Shown here piece after piece: positions 16,400 to 30,714 of a stretch of 64,000 nucleotides of DNA. The DNA comes from the human T2T-CHM13v2.0 reference genome, Homo sapiens, in assembly GCF_009914755.1 (NCBI RefSeq), contig NC_060928.1, one strand, 5' to 3'. The notes under the pieces are model-generated. The model had not been told where the DNA came from. It searched no databases and was given only the letters and a program-made list of their open reading frames with translations. Positions within the stretch are counted from its first letter, which is position 1, and every line of letters starts with the position of its first letter. A program made the position numbers and the translations under genes.

Positions 16400-17050
16400 C
16401 TGAGGAATGCCTAAAGAAGTTTTAGCACAGATCCTGGCACATAGTAGGTATTCAATATTGATTGAAAATTGGTATACAACAAGAAAATATAACAAGGTCT
16501 TGGCCTCCAATGCAACTTAGAGTCTAGAAGAGAAAGATAAAAATATAAATACTAAGTGTTACAGATGCTATAATGAAAGAAATAGACTGCAAACCTGTCA
16601 TTAATAATTTTTTTCTACGAGAGGGATCAAAAAGACTTCTTGGGGGAGTTGAGAAGAATGAGTAAGATTAAATGAAAAGAATAGGTTTTGCCAAGAATAG
16701 TGGGAAGACAGGCAGATATTTTCCAAAGACAGTGAGTAAAGTCATTTGTATAAGGAGAATGTACATATTGAAGCATGGTAAAAGATAAGCCTGGAAATCT
16801 GAGTAGACCACGAATAGGTCAGAAATTTACTTTTTTAGGCATTAAAAGTATCTGGAGTGTTTTGAGCAGGTAAGTGATCTAATTAGAGTACTATCTTAGA
16901 GTTGTTCCCAGGGTGGCAGTTAACAGGACATTTTTTCAATGAAAAAAAATTGAAAGGAGGAAATTAGTTAGGAAACAATTTATTTACCCCAGCAATAAGT
17001 GATTAAAGTATGATATAAGTTAATAGCAATAGAATTTAAAAAAAGGAACT
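16400..17050. mobile_element. L2 fragments
   Basis: L2 3' end cctggcacatagtaggtattcaatattgattgaa, followed by reverse L2-like sequence. Confidence 0.5.
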
Positions 17051-17079
17051 AAATTTTGGCAAATTATGTGGGATTAACT

Positions 17080-18650
17080 TTCACTTCTTACAATACCATA
17101 AAATTTCAGTAAAAGAATTTTAAAAATGCATAAAATTACATAAGAAAAACAAGAAGTGGGAACAAAAAAAATTGAGATGCAAAAAAAACAGGAAGATATC
17201 CAGCAGAAAATTAAGGCCAGAGGAAGAAGAAAGATAGTGTCTGCAAGGTGCAAGAGTGGAGAGTCAAGACACTAGTCACTTCATGCCCTGGAATCCAGGG
17301 AGGCCTACAAGTTAGAGGCATCATGTTCCTCTGACGGCTGAGGTGTAGTTAGGCAGACAACGTGAAGATTGGTTGCAACTCTCCAAAAGCATTTAGACCT
17401 CTGCATATCCTAAAATTCTCTATGAGAAGAGATCAGGTCTAAAATTTTCCCCACTTAACAGAAGAACGAGGTTCAGGTTTTACTCTCTGGAGACTCTTTG
17501 AACCCAGAGACACCAAACACAGTCAAGACTCTGCATGAAGGTCTACACATTGAACAGTGAGACCCATATTATACTCTTCCACTTTTCCATCACATAAGCA
17601 ACCAGCTTCCCTCACAGGAAGAAGGCTGGAGGGTTCATCTCTTTGGAACCACTGGCTTAAGGAAAAACTCTTGACATTTGGGGAAAGAGTATCCTTGAGA
17701 AAACAACTGTGTTTCTATCTAATTATCCTACAGAAAAGCACACTGCTCAACAAGCCCTGAAATTAACACAAAGCTTCTAATATATTTCTAGGGTTTTACT
17801 CTTAAATGGCAAATAACAGCCAAGGATGAGGAAAGTCATATCACTAACTCAAACACAGAAGCCCAACAAAGAGAACGAGCAACGCAGAAGACCTGAGGCA
17901 AGGCAGGAACTAGGAGAAAGAATGCAAAGAAACTCTATAATCAATCGCCTTAAAGAGATAAAAGTCTCTATAATCAATCACCTTAAAGAGATACAAGTCG
18001 CCTTAAAGAGATAAAAATTTACGGATAATATATCCATAAATTAGAATATTTAGACTATTATTTTAAAATGACGGAGGAGCATTCAAACAATAAAAGCTCC
18101 TAGAAAATAAAATATGATTAAAATAAAGATGACAGACTCTTCCAGAAAGCATAGCAAAAATACAAAATGAAAAATAGGTAAGACTAGATAAAATTTTAGA
18201 GGTTTGTTACTAAAGTTCAAACAGTCAAATAAGAGCCTCAGAAAAAGACAAAGAAGAAAATGAAAGGAAATAAACTATACAGAAAGAAACAAAAAAACAT
18301 CTAGGATCGAAATGTCTGGATTTACACATGGAAAGGGCGGATTAGTATCTACCACAATGAATGAAAAGATAATTCATAGCAAAGCACAGTACTGTAAAAT
18401 TTCAGGGAATTGAGATACAGAGAAAAACAGGCAATTGGAAGCAGAAAGAAAATTGAATTTCATGCCTTCAACATTTTGTGAATAATAATTTTCAACATAG
18501 AATTCTGAACCCAGACAAACTACCAATCAAATGAGAAGGTAGAAACAAACATTTTTAATTTTTCACATACACAAGTTCTAAACAAAATTACCTCTCATAT
18601 ACTTCTGCTCAAGAAATTACAAGAAGATAATCCTTATTAAGAATCAAAGA
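17080..18650 (+). mobile_element. Ancient L1M 5'/ORF1 remnant
   Basis: Strongly A-rich, with a decayed ORF1 C-terminal motif (aattttcaacatagaattctgaacccagacaaact, NFQPRILYPAKL-like). Confidence 0.6.
17933..18016. repeat. 33-bp tandem duplication plus a partial third copy
   Basis: ctctataatcaatc(g/a)ccttaaagagata(a/c)aagt twice, then cgccttaaagagataaaa. Confidence 0.85.
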
Positions 18651-18653
18651 ATA

Positions 18654-18981
18654 GGCCAGGCATGATGGCTCATGCCTGTAATCCCAGCACTTTGGGAGGC
18701 CGAGGCGGGTGGATCACGAGGTCAGGAGTTCGTGACCCACCTGACCAACATGGTGAAACCCCATCTCTACTAAAAACACAAAAATTACCCAGGCGTGGTG
18801 GCATGTGCCTGTAATCCCAGCTACTCAGTAGGCTGAGGCAGGAGAATCACTTGAACCCAGGAGGCAGAGGTTGCTGTGAGCCAAGATTGTGCCACTGCAC
18901 TCCAGCCTGGGCGACAGAGTGAGACTCTCTGTCTCAAAAAAAAGGAAGAAAGAAAAAAAGAAAGAAAGAAAAAGAAAGAAA
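18654..18981 (+). mobile_element. AluS (Sg-like) with a (GAAA)n tail
   Basis: Full dimer with ggatcacgaggtcaggagttc. Confidence 0.92.
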
Positions 18982-20581
18982 GTAAAGGTTTTGAACTCAA
19001 TAATCTCTACCTTTCTTCCATCTTGTTTGAGACAAATTTACGCTTGTGTTGGTATTAACCGTGGAACAACCAAGTGACTTATATGCAGGAGACTGCTGGA
19101 AATGTCGAACCCAAGTTGAGACAAGCAGTCAGTGCTGGAGAGGCTGACTGTAGAGGTATCTACAAGGAGATATGCACACAGCTGGAGAGAGTAAGATCTC
19201 CAAAGCACAACACATAGAGACAGAAATGGAAAGTTAGGACTAAACTTCAGGCAATGCCCACCTTAGGGGAAAACTAGAATAGTGAATGTGTGAGTTTAAA
19301 AATACCTGTATAACAGGACAGATAGCTATTCATACATTTGGCTTTGGAAGAGTATGAAGGGTTTGATTGTCTTATGAATTCAAAAATCACCTTTGAATTT
19401 AAACAATTAGGAAATTTTGATAGTAAAGCAAATTAAAATAAAATATTTGGAATTCTAAGGAGTTATACAAAAGATAAGCTTTTATCCCCCTTTCCCTAAA
19501 ATAACTATAGTTATCATGTTACAGATGTTACCATTTAGGGCATCTATGTGAATAAAGATGGGATTTTTATTTTTCACCTTTAGAAAAGTGGCAGTGATTG
19601 AAATCTCGCCTGAAACCATGAATTTTTCATAATAGCCAGGTGGCTATTCAGCCAAGCACTCTAACTCTATAAGCCCCAGCTGCGATCCAAGCAAGGTTAA
19701 ATGAAAATAATACTTGACAATATTTCACCAAGCCGTATCATTCATGCACATGCCACATCCTTTAATTTATTTTTCATGCATAATTATTCATCCATACAGA
19801 AAAAACAAATCAGTAAACACACGAAATACAAATCCAGTTTTCATTTACAAGTAGTAAAACCCCTTCTGAATTTTGTTGTTCTTCGCTTTTGCATACTAAC
19901 CACTATTTTATAGTAATAAATTCTGTATTCCAAATGGTTAAAAGCATTATAATTTACAGGATAAATCCTGTATTCTATATGGTTGAAAGTTGAAAACATA
20001 CAGGTTATTATATAACTTGTATATTTTCTATTTTTAATGGCAACAAGAGGACATACAATTTTACACAAACACCTGTAAGTGTATGTATACATGCACACAC
20101 TTTTTAAAGCATTTCTCAACTTTAGGCCATATGATGCATTCCTAATTTTGTATTATCATTTATATCAAACTTATTAACAACTTAGTAAAAATAGTTGCAT
20201 TTATTTTAATTTATATTTTTTCATTACTTTCTTGGGTAGTTATTATACCCAACATGGCATTAGTTGGCTTAAAGATGTGAAATTTACATGATTTCTTCAA
20301 GTATTGTGTTTTCCCCACCCAAAATATTCTGTCAAATCACACTTTCAGCACTACTATTTTAATAACTTGGAATAGTGTTTCTCTCTTCAACTATTTCATC
20401 CATCATGGTGAGTAATCCAACCAACTTATTTCTTGAGACCAGTGGGTTAACCTTGAGGCAAGGTTAGTATTTTTACCTAAACATTAGAAATCTTTAAATA
20501 TTTGTTTCTCATAAATATTTAATTCAGCACAATAATTACAATATTAATTAGACGTAGACTACGTAGATTTCAACAGGAGAA

Positions 20582-20612
20582 ATGTAGTAATGTGAGTCAC
20601 TAGGGGGCAGCA
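20582..20612 (+). promoter_or_regulatory. Candidate CTCF site overlapping an AP-1 motif
   Basis: TCACTAGGGGGCAGC at 20597-20611, TGAGTCA at 20593-20599, and an upstream TGTAGT resembling the CTCF upstream module. Confidence 0.6.
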
Positions 20613-22531
20613 AAGATCAGAGAAAAGGCATGAATTCAAATGCTGATTCTTAATCCAAGTTAATAAAAACATTGAGCGTTCTAGAGATACCAAAGGGCCA
20701 GCGCTTTCCCTAAATGTTTCTCTGAATCTTATAGTCTTATCTATACATCATCTTGGAACAAAAACCTGCACTATTCTGCCACCTTTTAGAAAATTGACTG
20801 CCACTTCAATTTTTATCAGCAAACAATGAACATTTTAAGGCTTTCTCAAAAATGAAAACTGCGTAACTTCCTGACAATTACGGTAGTTCCAATTTTTTAA
20901 GAAAGTTATGAAATAGGTCATTTAGACTTTCTGTGGGATTTCTGCTTCTCCAAAAAGACCAGATGTTTCCTCATGATTTTTGTTTCCCCATCTTGAGCAG
21001 TACAAATGAAACAGATTTATAACTTTTTAAATACAGTGTTATTTTCTGAGTCTTTAGGAAACACACAAGTGTTTATAAAGGCAAAAATAGTGCATCAATT
21101 ATACTTTCAATGGCCATTACTACTAATAGAAATTACTTTAAAATATTTTAAAAACCGGTTAATAGGAAAACTCAATCATCTACCTTTTCCTTTTTGAATT
21201 CTCAACTTATTATATATACATGTTTACAAGTTTATTAAATGAACATCCATTATTTTAATATCAGAAGGGAGTCTAAACTTATTTTTAAAAGTTACTTATG
21301 AGCAATATATCCTACTTTTGCTGGGCCTTTTAAAATTCATAATAAAATGCATTGAAAGTCCTGATTCTGTTAGCATTCGTTCTGGTGGGTTTCCGGATCT
21401 AAGGAAACATCAAATTTTACAGGGGTTATTTGGAAATAAAACCCACAGAGCAACACAATACTAGAGTTGTGAACTAACAAAATAAAAGAGTTTGTTTATC
21501 ATGTCACTGTTCTAATATTGACCTTGACCATGTGATGTTGACTTTATTTATTGCCTATTGAACATTCTTGCAAGATTATAGTTTGTTTCCTTGGAGCTTA
21601 GAAATTAAAGGAGAAACAAAGGGTACTTATTAAACAAGAAGTTGTGCTTGAAGCTGAGAAGTAGCTGGTCCATTTGGGAATTGATAAAAACATAAAAATG
21701 TTAAAGTAAAGACCCCTCCATATCATTACAAGTTTCCCATTTATCTGTAGAAGGAAAAAGATATTGGTTTGAAGTTTTAAGAAGACATAAAATAAAACAG
21801 ATAAAAAGAAGGTAAAATGCCTGAAAACCCCTCTTTATTATGACTACAAAGCTTTACATTTTAACCTAAATGCTAACGACTTAACCTATAACCAAATAGT
21901 TGAATGTTTCTACCAGTGTTCAAATACTTTGAAGTACCTCAAGGTCAATGTATTTAAAGCTAACTCATGGCCTTCTCATCTAAAGCTGCTCATCCTCTTA
22001 TTTTCTCAGCAAAATGTGGGGATTCCACATCTCATCACTTCACCCAAGTGAAGTAACCAAAAAGCGTCCTTGACTGTATCCTCTCCTGCATGTCCTCAAA
22101 TCAACTAATTTACCTTATATTTATTTTATAGATATTTCTCAGATCCTTTGTCACTTTACAGACCTATAGTAACTTAACTGAACTCTACCCTGAATCTCTC
22201 AAAAGCATTACCTATACTATCAGAACGCTTTCACAGATGCCATTATCTCACTCCATTGTCCAAATACCTGCAATAAGTCTCCATTCATCTATACAATAGA
22301 GTCCAAATGTCCTAATATGGCATAAAAATAGCCATTACTATTGCATTTAAAGCAAATTCTTGACAAATATTTGTTGACTCCAAAAGAATCCAATATTCAG
22401 TATTTCTACATTTAGACAGGGTGTTGGCACAAAACCAGAATATTTTTGGGGTGATATCAAAATATTTAAAGTGAGAAAATTAAATACATGTGTATGTATA
22501 TATGTAATAGATATTAAAAATACCTTAAACT

Positions 22532-23061
<530 letters not shown>

Positions 23062-24469
23062 GTCAGTTTAATATATTCTTCAGCTTTAGAGGAAAATCTA
23101 GCAAAAACAAGCAAAGTAGGCAGTAGTTAGGACAGAGATTGATGAAACAAATATTGTTTACATTTTTGCCAGAAGCAATGTAGAGAACAATGAAAGTGTT
23201 TTGGAGATTTGTAGATTTAAACCCAACAGTATAGGCCAAAGACAGTATTTCAGTTTCTTAATTGCATTCCTTTTTTCTCACATTTCTCTTTCAAAAAACT
23301 GAAATCCTTGAGACTTTTGTAAACAAGGAACAGTCATGGCTGGGCATTTCCTCTGAAGAAAAGAGATAAAGCCAAACAAAGGCACTTTGATCTTCTGTTT
23401 GTGCTTGGTAAACTACCAGTCTTACGAAAGACCTTTCGTTTGTTCATTCGTCTCCCTCATGTGTCTGAATGCCCATAGAAAATGTTTACAGAGCAAAACA
23501 GCTCATTTCTTATTCCAGAAAAATCAAGCTGTTGCAACTGGTGGAGATTAATTAAAACGGCATGAGCGTGGCAAGCCAGGAAAGAGCAAAGCCAAATAAA
23601 CGAATCTTTCATTACATCTTTAAAAATTATGAAGGAAAGAGATCATCTACTTATCTCTTGGTAGATCCTGAATATATATTCTGAATATATATTTTATATT
23701 TATATATGTGTATATACATACCTTGCTTGGTTTTCAATTTGTATATGAGTAAATTCTTAATGATAGAGTGGCCTTCCTTTGGCCTAACCATAAAGCACTT
23801 TCCATTTCTGCTATTTGATTCATAAAACAAGAAAGAACAACCTTAGTTCTCTCTTTCCATTTGATAATTTGGTACCATATTTACCTATTATGCATCAAAC
23901 AAATTTCTGATTTGGCTAAATTTTAATAATTCTAAAAGATAATAAAATGAATCCTTAAATATTAAAATACATCAATGTGAAAATCTCAACACTTGGTAAG
24001 AAATAGGATAAAAAATTATGATGAGGTACTGGGCTTCCATGCTTACATATAGTTAATAAAAGGAAATCAACACATGAAAAATTAACTAATGCTATAAAAT
24101 ACATTTGTGTTTTATACCTTTGTGGTACCTATGTCATAGTTATCACAAAGCAGAGACAAATTAGGTGATAGAAAGTCAGTTCATACTGAAAATTACTATT
24201 AAAATCTTGAGTTCATACTCAAACCATACATCACTTTTGTCTTTCTCCTGTGTTTCATTCATTCCATACAATGGTAAATGATTTTAGAACTTGATCATGT
24301 TTATTTGCATATAAAATAATATCATTTTGCCTTTCTACTATTGAACATGAGATGACTGCTCTCACTTTTCTTAGTGGGTGCTACCTAACTAGACACATTA
24401 AGAATTTTTAAATCTTTCTGTTTCCATAGTATATTATTTTTAAAATTTTTATCCCTAAATCTCAGTATC

Positions 24470-25740
24470 AAAGAATCTGGCTTCATATGAGATGATTTGG
24501 GCGGGGGGGAGTTCAGGAAACCAGGCCTTGCTCTGGAGTAGACGCCGACAGGAAGCAAGGGCAAGTCTATGATTGTTTATCTTAATAAATCTCATCTGGA
24601 AGGAGGGAAGACTGGAGTCAGAATAGAGTTGTCAGTGGGAAAGAGCGGCAGGCACTCGTGTTTGCCAGGTTAGGGGGCTGCTTGGTATTTTGTGGCTGGA
24701 GCAGTGTTTATGTTTTGTCTGTGTTCAGACCTGGTTATGAGTGGTCTTACTTTTGTCTTAATTTATCTTGTTCACAGAGTGACCTTGTCTGCTGTTGATG
24801 TTCTGTGAAATTGTTTATGATCAAAAGAAATACACAAGGCCTAACTGCAAGTACCAGGCCAGCTCCTCATACCAGTCCGGCTGATAGGACCAGGCCAGTC
24901 CCACATGTCAAGGGCTGCTTTTCTCTTACCCAGTTTCCCCTCTGGGTCAAGGGCAAACATAGTTAAGGCCACAAGACATTAATCCATAATATTTATATTT
25001 TTACCATCAGTAAGATTTTGCTGCTAAGAAGAGTTTTTTTAGAGAACATAGTCTGTAGTTGAATTAAAATTAGTCACATGGTCTTTCATTGCAGGATGAA
25101 TTATTGAATGTGCTGGCATGATCATTGCTATACAGAAACTCAGAATGGCCTACATCTGCCAAATGCAATGTAAGCAATTATCAGATGCAAAATGATTATT
25201 AGTACTTGACACAAGTCTTGAAGCGAGGATTCTAGATCATAAAATCTAGACAATAAATCCTTTTGTGTTTGTTTTAGAAGGTCAGGTCTCTATTTCATTT
25301 TATCTTCTTCATGTGTTTATGTATTTGTCTTGTAGTCCATAAGTGCAGCAAGAAGTATTTACTGTAATATAAATTTTCTCTTGGTTAATTATAAGGAAAG
25401 CAGGAGCATTGCAAATTTTTCCTAACCCTAGCTAATGAATTGAGACTAGTTTGTTGGGCATTCAGAGTATAAGTTATATTATTTATGGCTTTTGCTGGGG
25501 TCAAAGTAAAGCTTTGCACCATTTTGCCAGTTGTATTATTCCAAATGTGAAAATTATAGCTCAGATAATCTGTATGAGGGAGTCAGTTATCCCTTCCAAA
25601 AGTTTCTTTAAAAACCATATATGTACCTCCTTTTGAAGGGTGATAAACAACTTTTCATCCAGAGCTATATGAACCGCTAGTGGGAGGTTAGTTTTAAATA
25701 TCTGAAAGTCTCTCATGATTATCTCATGAAATAGAACATG
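24470..25740 (-). mobile_element. ERV1-class 3' LTR (about 24470-24932) with polypurine tract and internal env remnant
   Basis: On the minus strand agaggggaaactg precedes LTR-like sequence. Around 25150-25260 it translates as DLLSRFYDLESSLQDLCQVLIIILHLIIAYIAFGRC, resembling an env TM anchor. Family not assigned. Confidence 0.55.
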
Positions 25741-26115
25741 TAAGTTAATATGTAGCAAGCTGAAAGGCATCACCTAGGGAGACTGTAGCTAGAGAAGACA
25801 AAAGGACCCAAAGGCATTTCAATATTTAAGTTAGATAAGGAGGAAGGGACAGCAAAGTAGGTAGAGGAAAAGTCCCTGGTGAATTAGGTAAAAAAACAAA
25901 TAAATCAGGAGGATACGGTGCCCAAGAAACCACAGGAGGAAAGATTCTCAAGGAAGATAGATTGAGTGTAGGGTCAAATGCTGCTCCAAATCAAAATAAG
26001 GAAGAATACAGAAGAGGTCACTGGGTTCTGCAAAAGAAAAATCACTGGTCCCCTTAACAACAAACATTTCAGTGGACTTGTGGTGACAAGAGCTACTCTT
26101 GAGTGATTGCAACAA
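25740..26115 (-). mobile_element. L2 fragment
   Basis: Motifs gatcacctaggga-like, gggtcaaatgctgct and tttcagtggacttgtgg. Confidence 0.55.
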
Positions 26116-26366
26116 TAAGCAGCTAAAAAATGTAATTTTTTAAAACTCTGGGTAGCATTAAATTACAAATAAATCTAATAAGAACTCCAGGAAGTCTAGA
26201 CTCATAAAATAATAATAAAACTACCTAAGTTTTAAAAGAGTAAACAGTTTAAATTTTTTATTGTGCTTTGATGAAATGACTCATTATAAATATATCTATT
26301 ACCCTAAGATAATTTATTCATTTAACTCAATACAAATGAATTTATTCCAGAGTTTTTCATAAAACT

Positions 26367-27143
26367 TTGTTGTTGTTGTTGTTGTTGTTGTTATTTTTAT
26401 TTTAATTTCAGGGGATATACGTATGGGTTTGTTACATGGATATGTTACATGATACTGGAGGTTGGGCTCCTACTGAACCCGTTACCCAAACAGAGAACAC
26501 AGTACCCAATAGGTAATTTTCAATCCTTGCCACCTTCCCTCCCTCCCTCCTTTTGGAGTCCCCAGTGTCTATTATTTCCATCTTTGTGTCCGCATGTACC
26601 CGGTGTTTAGCTCCCACTTATAAGTGAAAACGTGGTATTTGATTATCTGTTCCTGCTCAAATTCACTTAGGATAATGGCCTGTAGCTGCAGCCATGTTGC
26701 TGCAAAGGACATAATTTTATTTTTTTAATGGCTGCATAGTATTCTATTATGTATGTGTACCACAATTTCTTTATCCAGTCCACTGTTGATAGGCACCTAG
26801 GATGTTCCATGATTTTGCTATTGTGAGTAGTGCTGTGGTGAACATACGAGCGCTGGTGTCTTTTTGGTAAAACAATTTCTTTTCCTTCAGGTAGATACCC
26901 AGTAAGGGAATTGCTGAGTTGAATGGTGGTCTTATTTTTAGTTCTTTGATAAATCTCCAAACTGCTTTCCAAAGGGGCTGAACTAATTTATCTTTCCACC
27001 AACAGTGAATAAGCATTCACTTTTCTCCACATCCTAGTCAGTATCTGTTGATTTTTAACTTTTACTAATAACCATTCTGACTGGTGTGAGATGGTATATC
27101 ATTGTGGTTTTGATTTGTATTTCTCTCATGATTAGGAATGTTA
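26367..27143 (-). mobile_element. 5'-truncated L1PB/L1MA 3' end with a (GTT)n-expanded tail
   Basis: ORF2 C-terminal remnant [19 protein letters not shown] and L1PB/MA-type 3'UTR (ggagtccccagtgtctatt). Confidence 0.85.
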
Positions 27144-28500
27144 TGAATTGATTCTAAAGTCTACAAAGAAAAAATAAACGTGTAATAATATCCAAGAAAA
27201 TATGAAGCAGAAGAATAATAAGCAAAGGCTAGCTATACAAGAAAAAAAAATGTTCTAAAACAATAGGAAATACTAGCACTGGCCACAAATAGTCAATATA
27301 ACCAAAAAGTCAGATATAGTCTTAAATATATATGGGTTGTTAGTTACTGGTGAAAGTGGCATTCTAAATCCATGGGTATTGAGAGGCAGACGGGGGAGGT
27401 GTGTGGATCAAATAATTCTGGAATAATTGGGTAGCATCTAGGGAAAATGAATGAGCTAGATTCTCTCTCTTGCTTCTTAAATACATTTCAGAAGGACCAA
27501 TGTTTTCAAAGTGTAAAAACCGAACTATAAAATTGAAAGGAAATGAAAGAAAAACATTGGCAAACCTTCTCATATACTTGATAGTGTAAGGTATTTATAA
27601 GCATGATGTAAAAACTTTCAAAACATGGTGCAAAACTATTTAAAAATGTATAAATTTGAGTCCATCAAAATTAAGTTTTAAACTTAATAAATTTAAGAAA
27701 AAGAAAAAAATTTACAAACTTACTAGCTTAAATATTTTAGTAATCCAGCTGCTGAAATGTTTATTTTCTTAACATATATATATACATTGCCCATACAAAC
27801 TAATGAGAAAATTATAAACAAACCAATGTAAAAAAAATGGGCAAAGACATGAATTCAGAAATAAAAAGAAACGCAAAGCCTTTTAAAATTTGAAAATATG
27901 ATCAGCCTCAGTCATAATAAAATGAATGTAAATTATAATTGCATTTGGATATCAAGTTTTCAAATACTGCATTTGGCAAAAAGCAAAATTCTCTTACTAC
28001 ACTGTATTAGTGAAGGTGTGGAGAATCAAGCACTCTTATACAGTACTGGTATAAATTTAAGTTAGTAAAACATCTGGAAGGCAATTTTCCAACATTTACC
28101 AAAATTATAAATAAACATATCCTTTGGATTCAATAATCCCACTTTTAAGAGTGTATCCCATAAATACATGGCATAAAAATATAATTACAAAGATTTTCCG
28201 AGCCGTATTTTCTGTGTTAGCAAGAGATTGCAAGCATTATAAATCTTCATTGTAGGGAACTGTGTAAATACATTTATGTGACAGCAAGCCCAGAAGTGGT
28301 TAAAAGGAATGAGACATACCTGTGTACACTTCATGAAAGATCTCCTTGATAAGTGGAAAAGCAAAGCATACTTTAATCTATGCAAAAAAAAATCACTTCA
28401 ACTTGGAGAAATCTTAGTATTGGGGATTGATGATAGAAGGGTGCTAACATTCTGTACTGCTCAAATTTTTTAAGACAGTCATATATTGCCTTCTCAAAAA
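27144..28500 (+). mobile_element. Ancient L1M(E) ORF2/3' remnant
   Basis: aaaatgggcaaagacatgaa, gaaggtgtggagaatcaagcactctta and caataatcccactt motifs. Confidence 0.65.
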
Positions 28501-30714
28501 ACTACATTAAAATTATTTAAGTAGGACAAAAAGTGAATGCAAAGGAATAAAATGAAGGCGACGAGTGAGGACAATTATATGTCCTGTTGCTGAGAAGGAT
28601 GCAGAGAAATTAATGCGTGATCAAAATTTTGTTATTTTTGTTGGGACTGTCCGTTGCTCTTTATAGAGAAAAAGTTCGAAGACACCCTGAGAGTCTGACT
28701 ACGCATCAGTCAGATTGAACCAATCTGAGAGAGAGAGAGATGTGATTCAAATGGAGGCAGGTAAAGAAGTCTTCAGAAGCCCCAAGGAATAAAATTCAGG
28801 TGAACAGAAAGGTTCACCTGTGATTAGCGCAGGGGCGCTTCCATTTTAACAAGCAGAATGAAGAAAGTTGTTAGATTTCTTTTGTGTGAAAGTGACCAAT
28901 CTTCGGTGGAGGACTTGGCCTTGTTGGAGAACAGGCACGTCTTCCATGTTAACAAGTAGACTACAGCATTATGGATACAAACGTAGCTAAGTTTTTATAA
29001 TTTTAGGTAAGTAGAGGATGTTCTGATATCCTGCATCTAATTAACCCATGAATTATAACACTAAATAATCTTCTGAGAGCAAGGCTTGCGAAAGATAGCG
29101 GAAGAACTTGGGGACAAGAACATGAAGGATAACACAGTCATCTCAGACAATCGGAAAATGAGTAGGAGTGTCAGACAGGGCGGAGGGTGTTTTGAAGCTT
29201 GTGGTTAACAAATTAAAGTGAAATCAGTTGGACTTTTCCCCGTTAAGCTATTGGGTTGCAAGCATGGTATAGGTGGGTAGCTGGGTTAATTGAGGCTCAG
29301 ATATTGACAATTGTTACAAGGGGTTCAGATAACAAAGGAGATGAATCTGTTTGCAAGGGAGTGATTATGATGGTTCATCTTGGAATTTAGAGAAGGCTAA
29401 AAGGTAAATGAAGATAGGAGGTGGGAGGGGGTTGGTGAAAAGTAATGTGGTAGGAAAAATGTATTGAAGACCTGTGTTAATTCAAACCACGATCATCCTA
29501 GGGATTAGTAGAGAAACTGAGCCAAAAGGATAAAAAGTAGGGCTAAGAGGAATATGCGAAATAAAAAATTTGGTGAAAGACTACAAAGTAGAAACACAAA
29601 AGTGGGTGCATGGTGTGGAATAGGGGAAAAGACTGCAATCAAAAAAGAGCTTTTCCATCCTCATTTTCTGAGAGCTGTGACACATAGTCAAACGATTAAT
29701 TTTATTAAATATATTTTAGCCTCTTTTAAAATAAGCTTTTTAAATTATTGGACATATAATTTGTGTTACATCATATATTTTCTAATATTTAACCGTTGTT
29801 TCACAGAATAAAACTACTTGAAAATAGTGATTATTTTCTCAATAATCAGTTTTATTTTGAATGTTTATGTTTACAATTATATAAGTGATGAGACTTTCAA
29901 AACTATACTACCTTCAAAAACCTAATTAGATCACTTTCCATCCTTTTCGATACTCTTGGCCACACAATTTGGCATGGAAATGTTAAATCCATTCCTTGTA
30001 AATCTGTAATAAGTCATCTGTTTTTGTTTAGAGTTTTATGTGGAAATAATTTTTCAAAATGTATTTTTTACTTTCTATTCTTGATATATTTTAGAAGTTT
30101 ATTATCTTCTACAAAACAATTATTTCATAGAAATGTTTAAATGTATTAGCATTGAGTATACAATAGTCTCATAATTTTAATATCCTACTTAAACATTGTT
30201 ACATTCCTTTTCTCTCTTGAAAAATTTTTATCTCGTTATTATAGTTTCCACAAGTTTAGCTTTACTATTTTTCCCCAAAGAATCAACTCTCATGGTTTCC
30301 CTTGCAGTTCAACTGTTTTTTTGTTGTTCTCTAATTTCCTTACTTTAATTCCTTCCTTCCTGTTTCTTTTATTCCTCTCTTCTGTGTGTGTGTGTGTATG
30401 TGTGTGTGTGTCCTTTTAATTTTTTCTGGACCATTCTAAGTTGAAGGTTTAGTTTGCTTTTTTTGTGTTGTTGTTTAACCATGTAATCACATTCGAATTT
30501 AGCTTTGAACCACTTATATTAGTTTTAATATAGGGTTCTCATTTTTATTGTTCTAATAGTCTACAGTTATAAATTTTAATCACTTTTTTATCTCACATAT
30601 CATTTAGATGACAATTTGGAATTTTTGTTTACTGCTTTTGCTTTACAAACTTGGTTCCCTCTTTGAATTTTGTCTTACATAACAGCAGAGTTTCATTTTT
30701 ATGTGTGTGTTAAA

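Noticed and set aside
16400-16410. 11-nt minus-strand microexon (ctttag|GCATTCCTCAG|gtaaag)
   Set aside because: The pyrimidine tract is weak and abuts an L2 remnant; there is no independent support.
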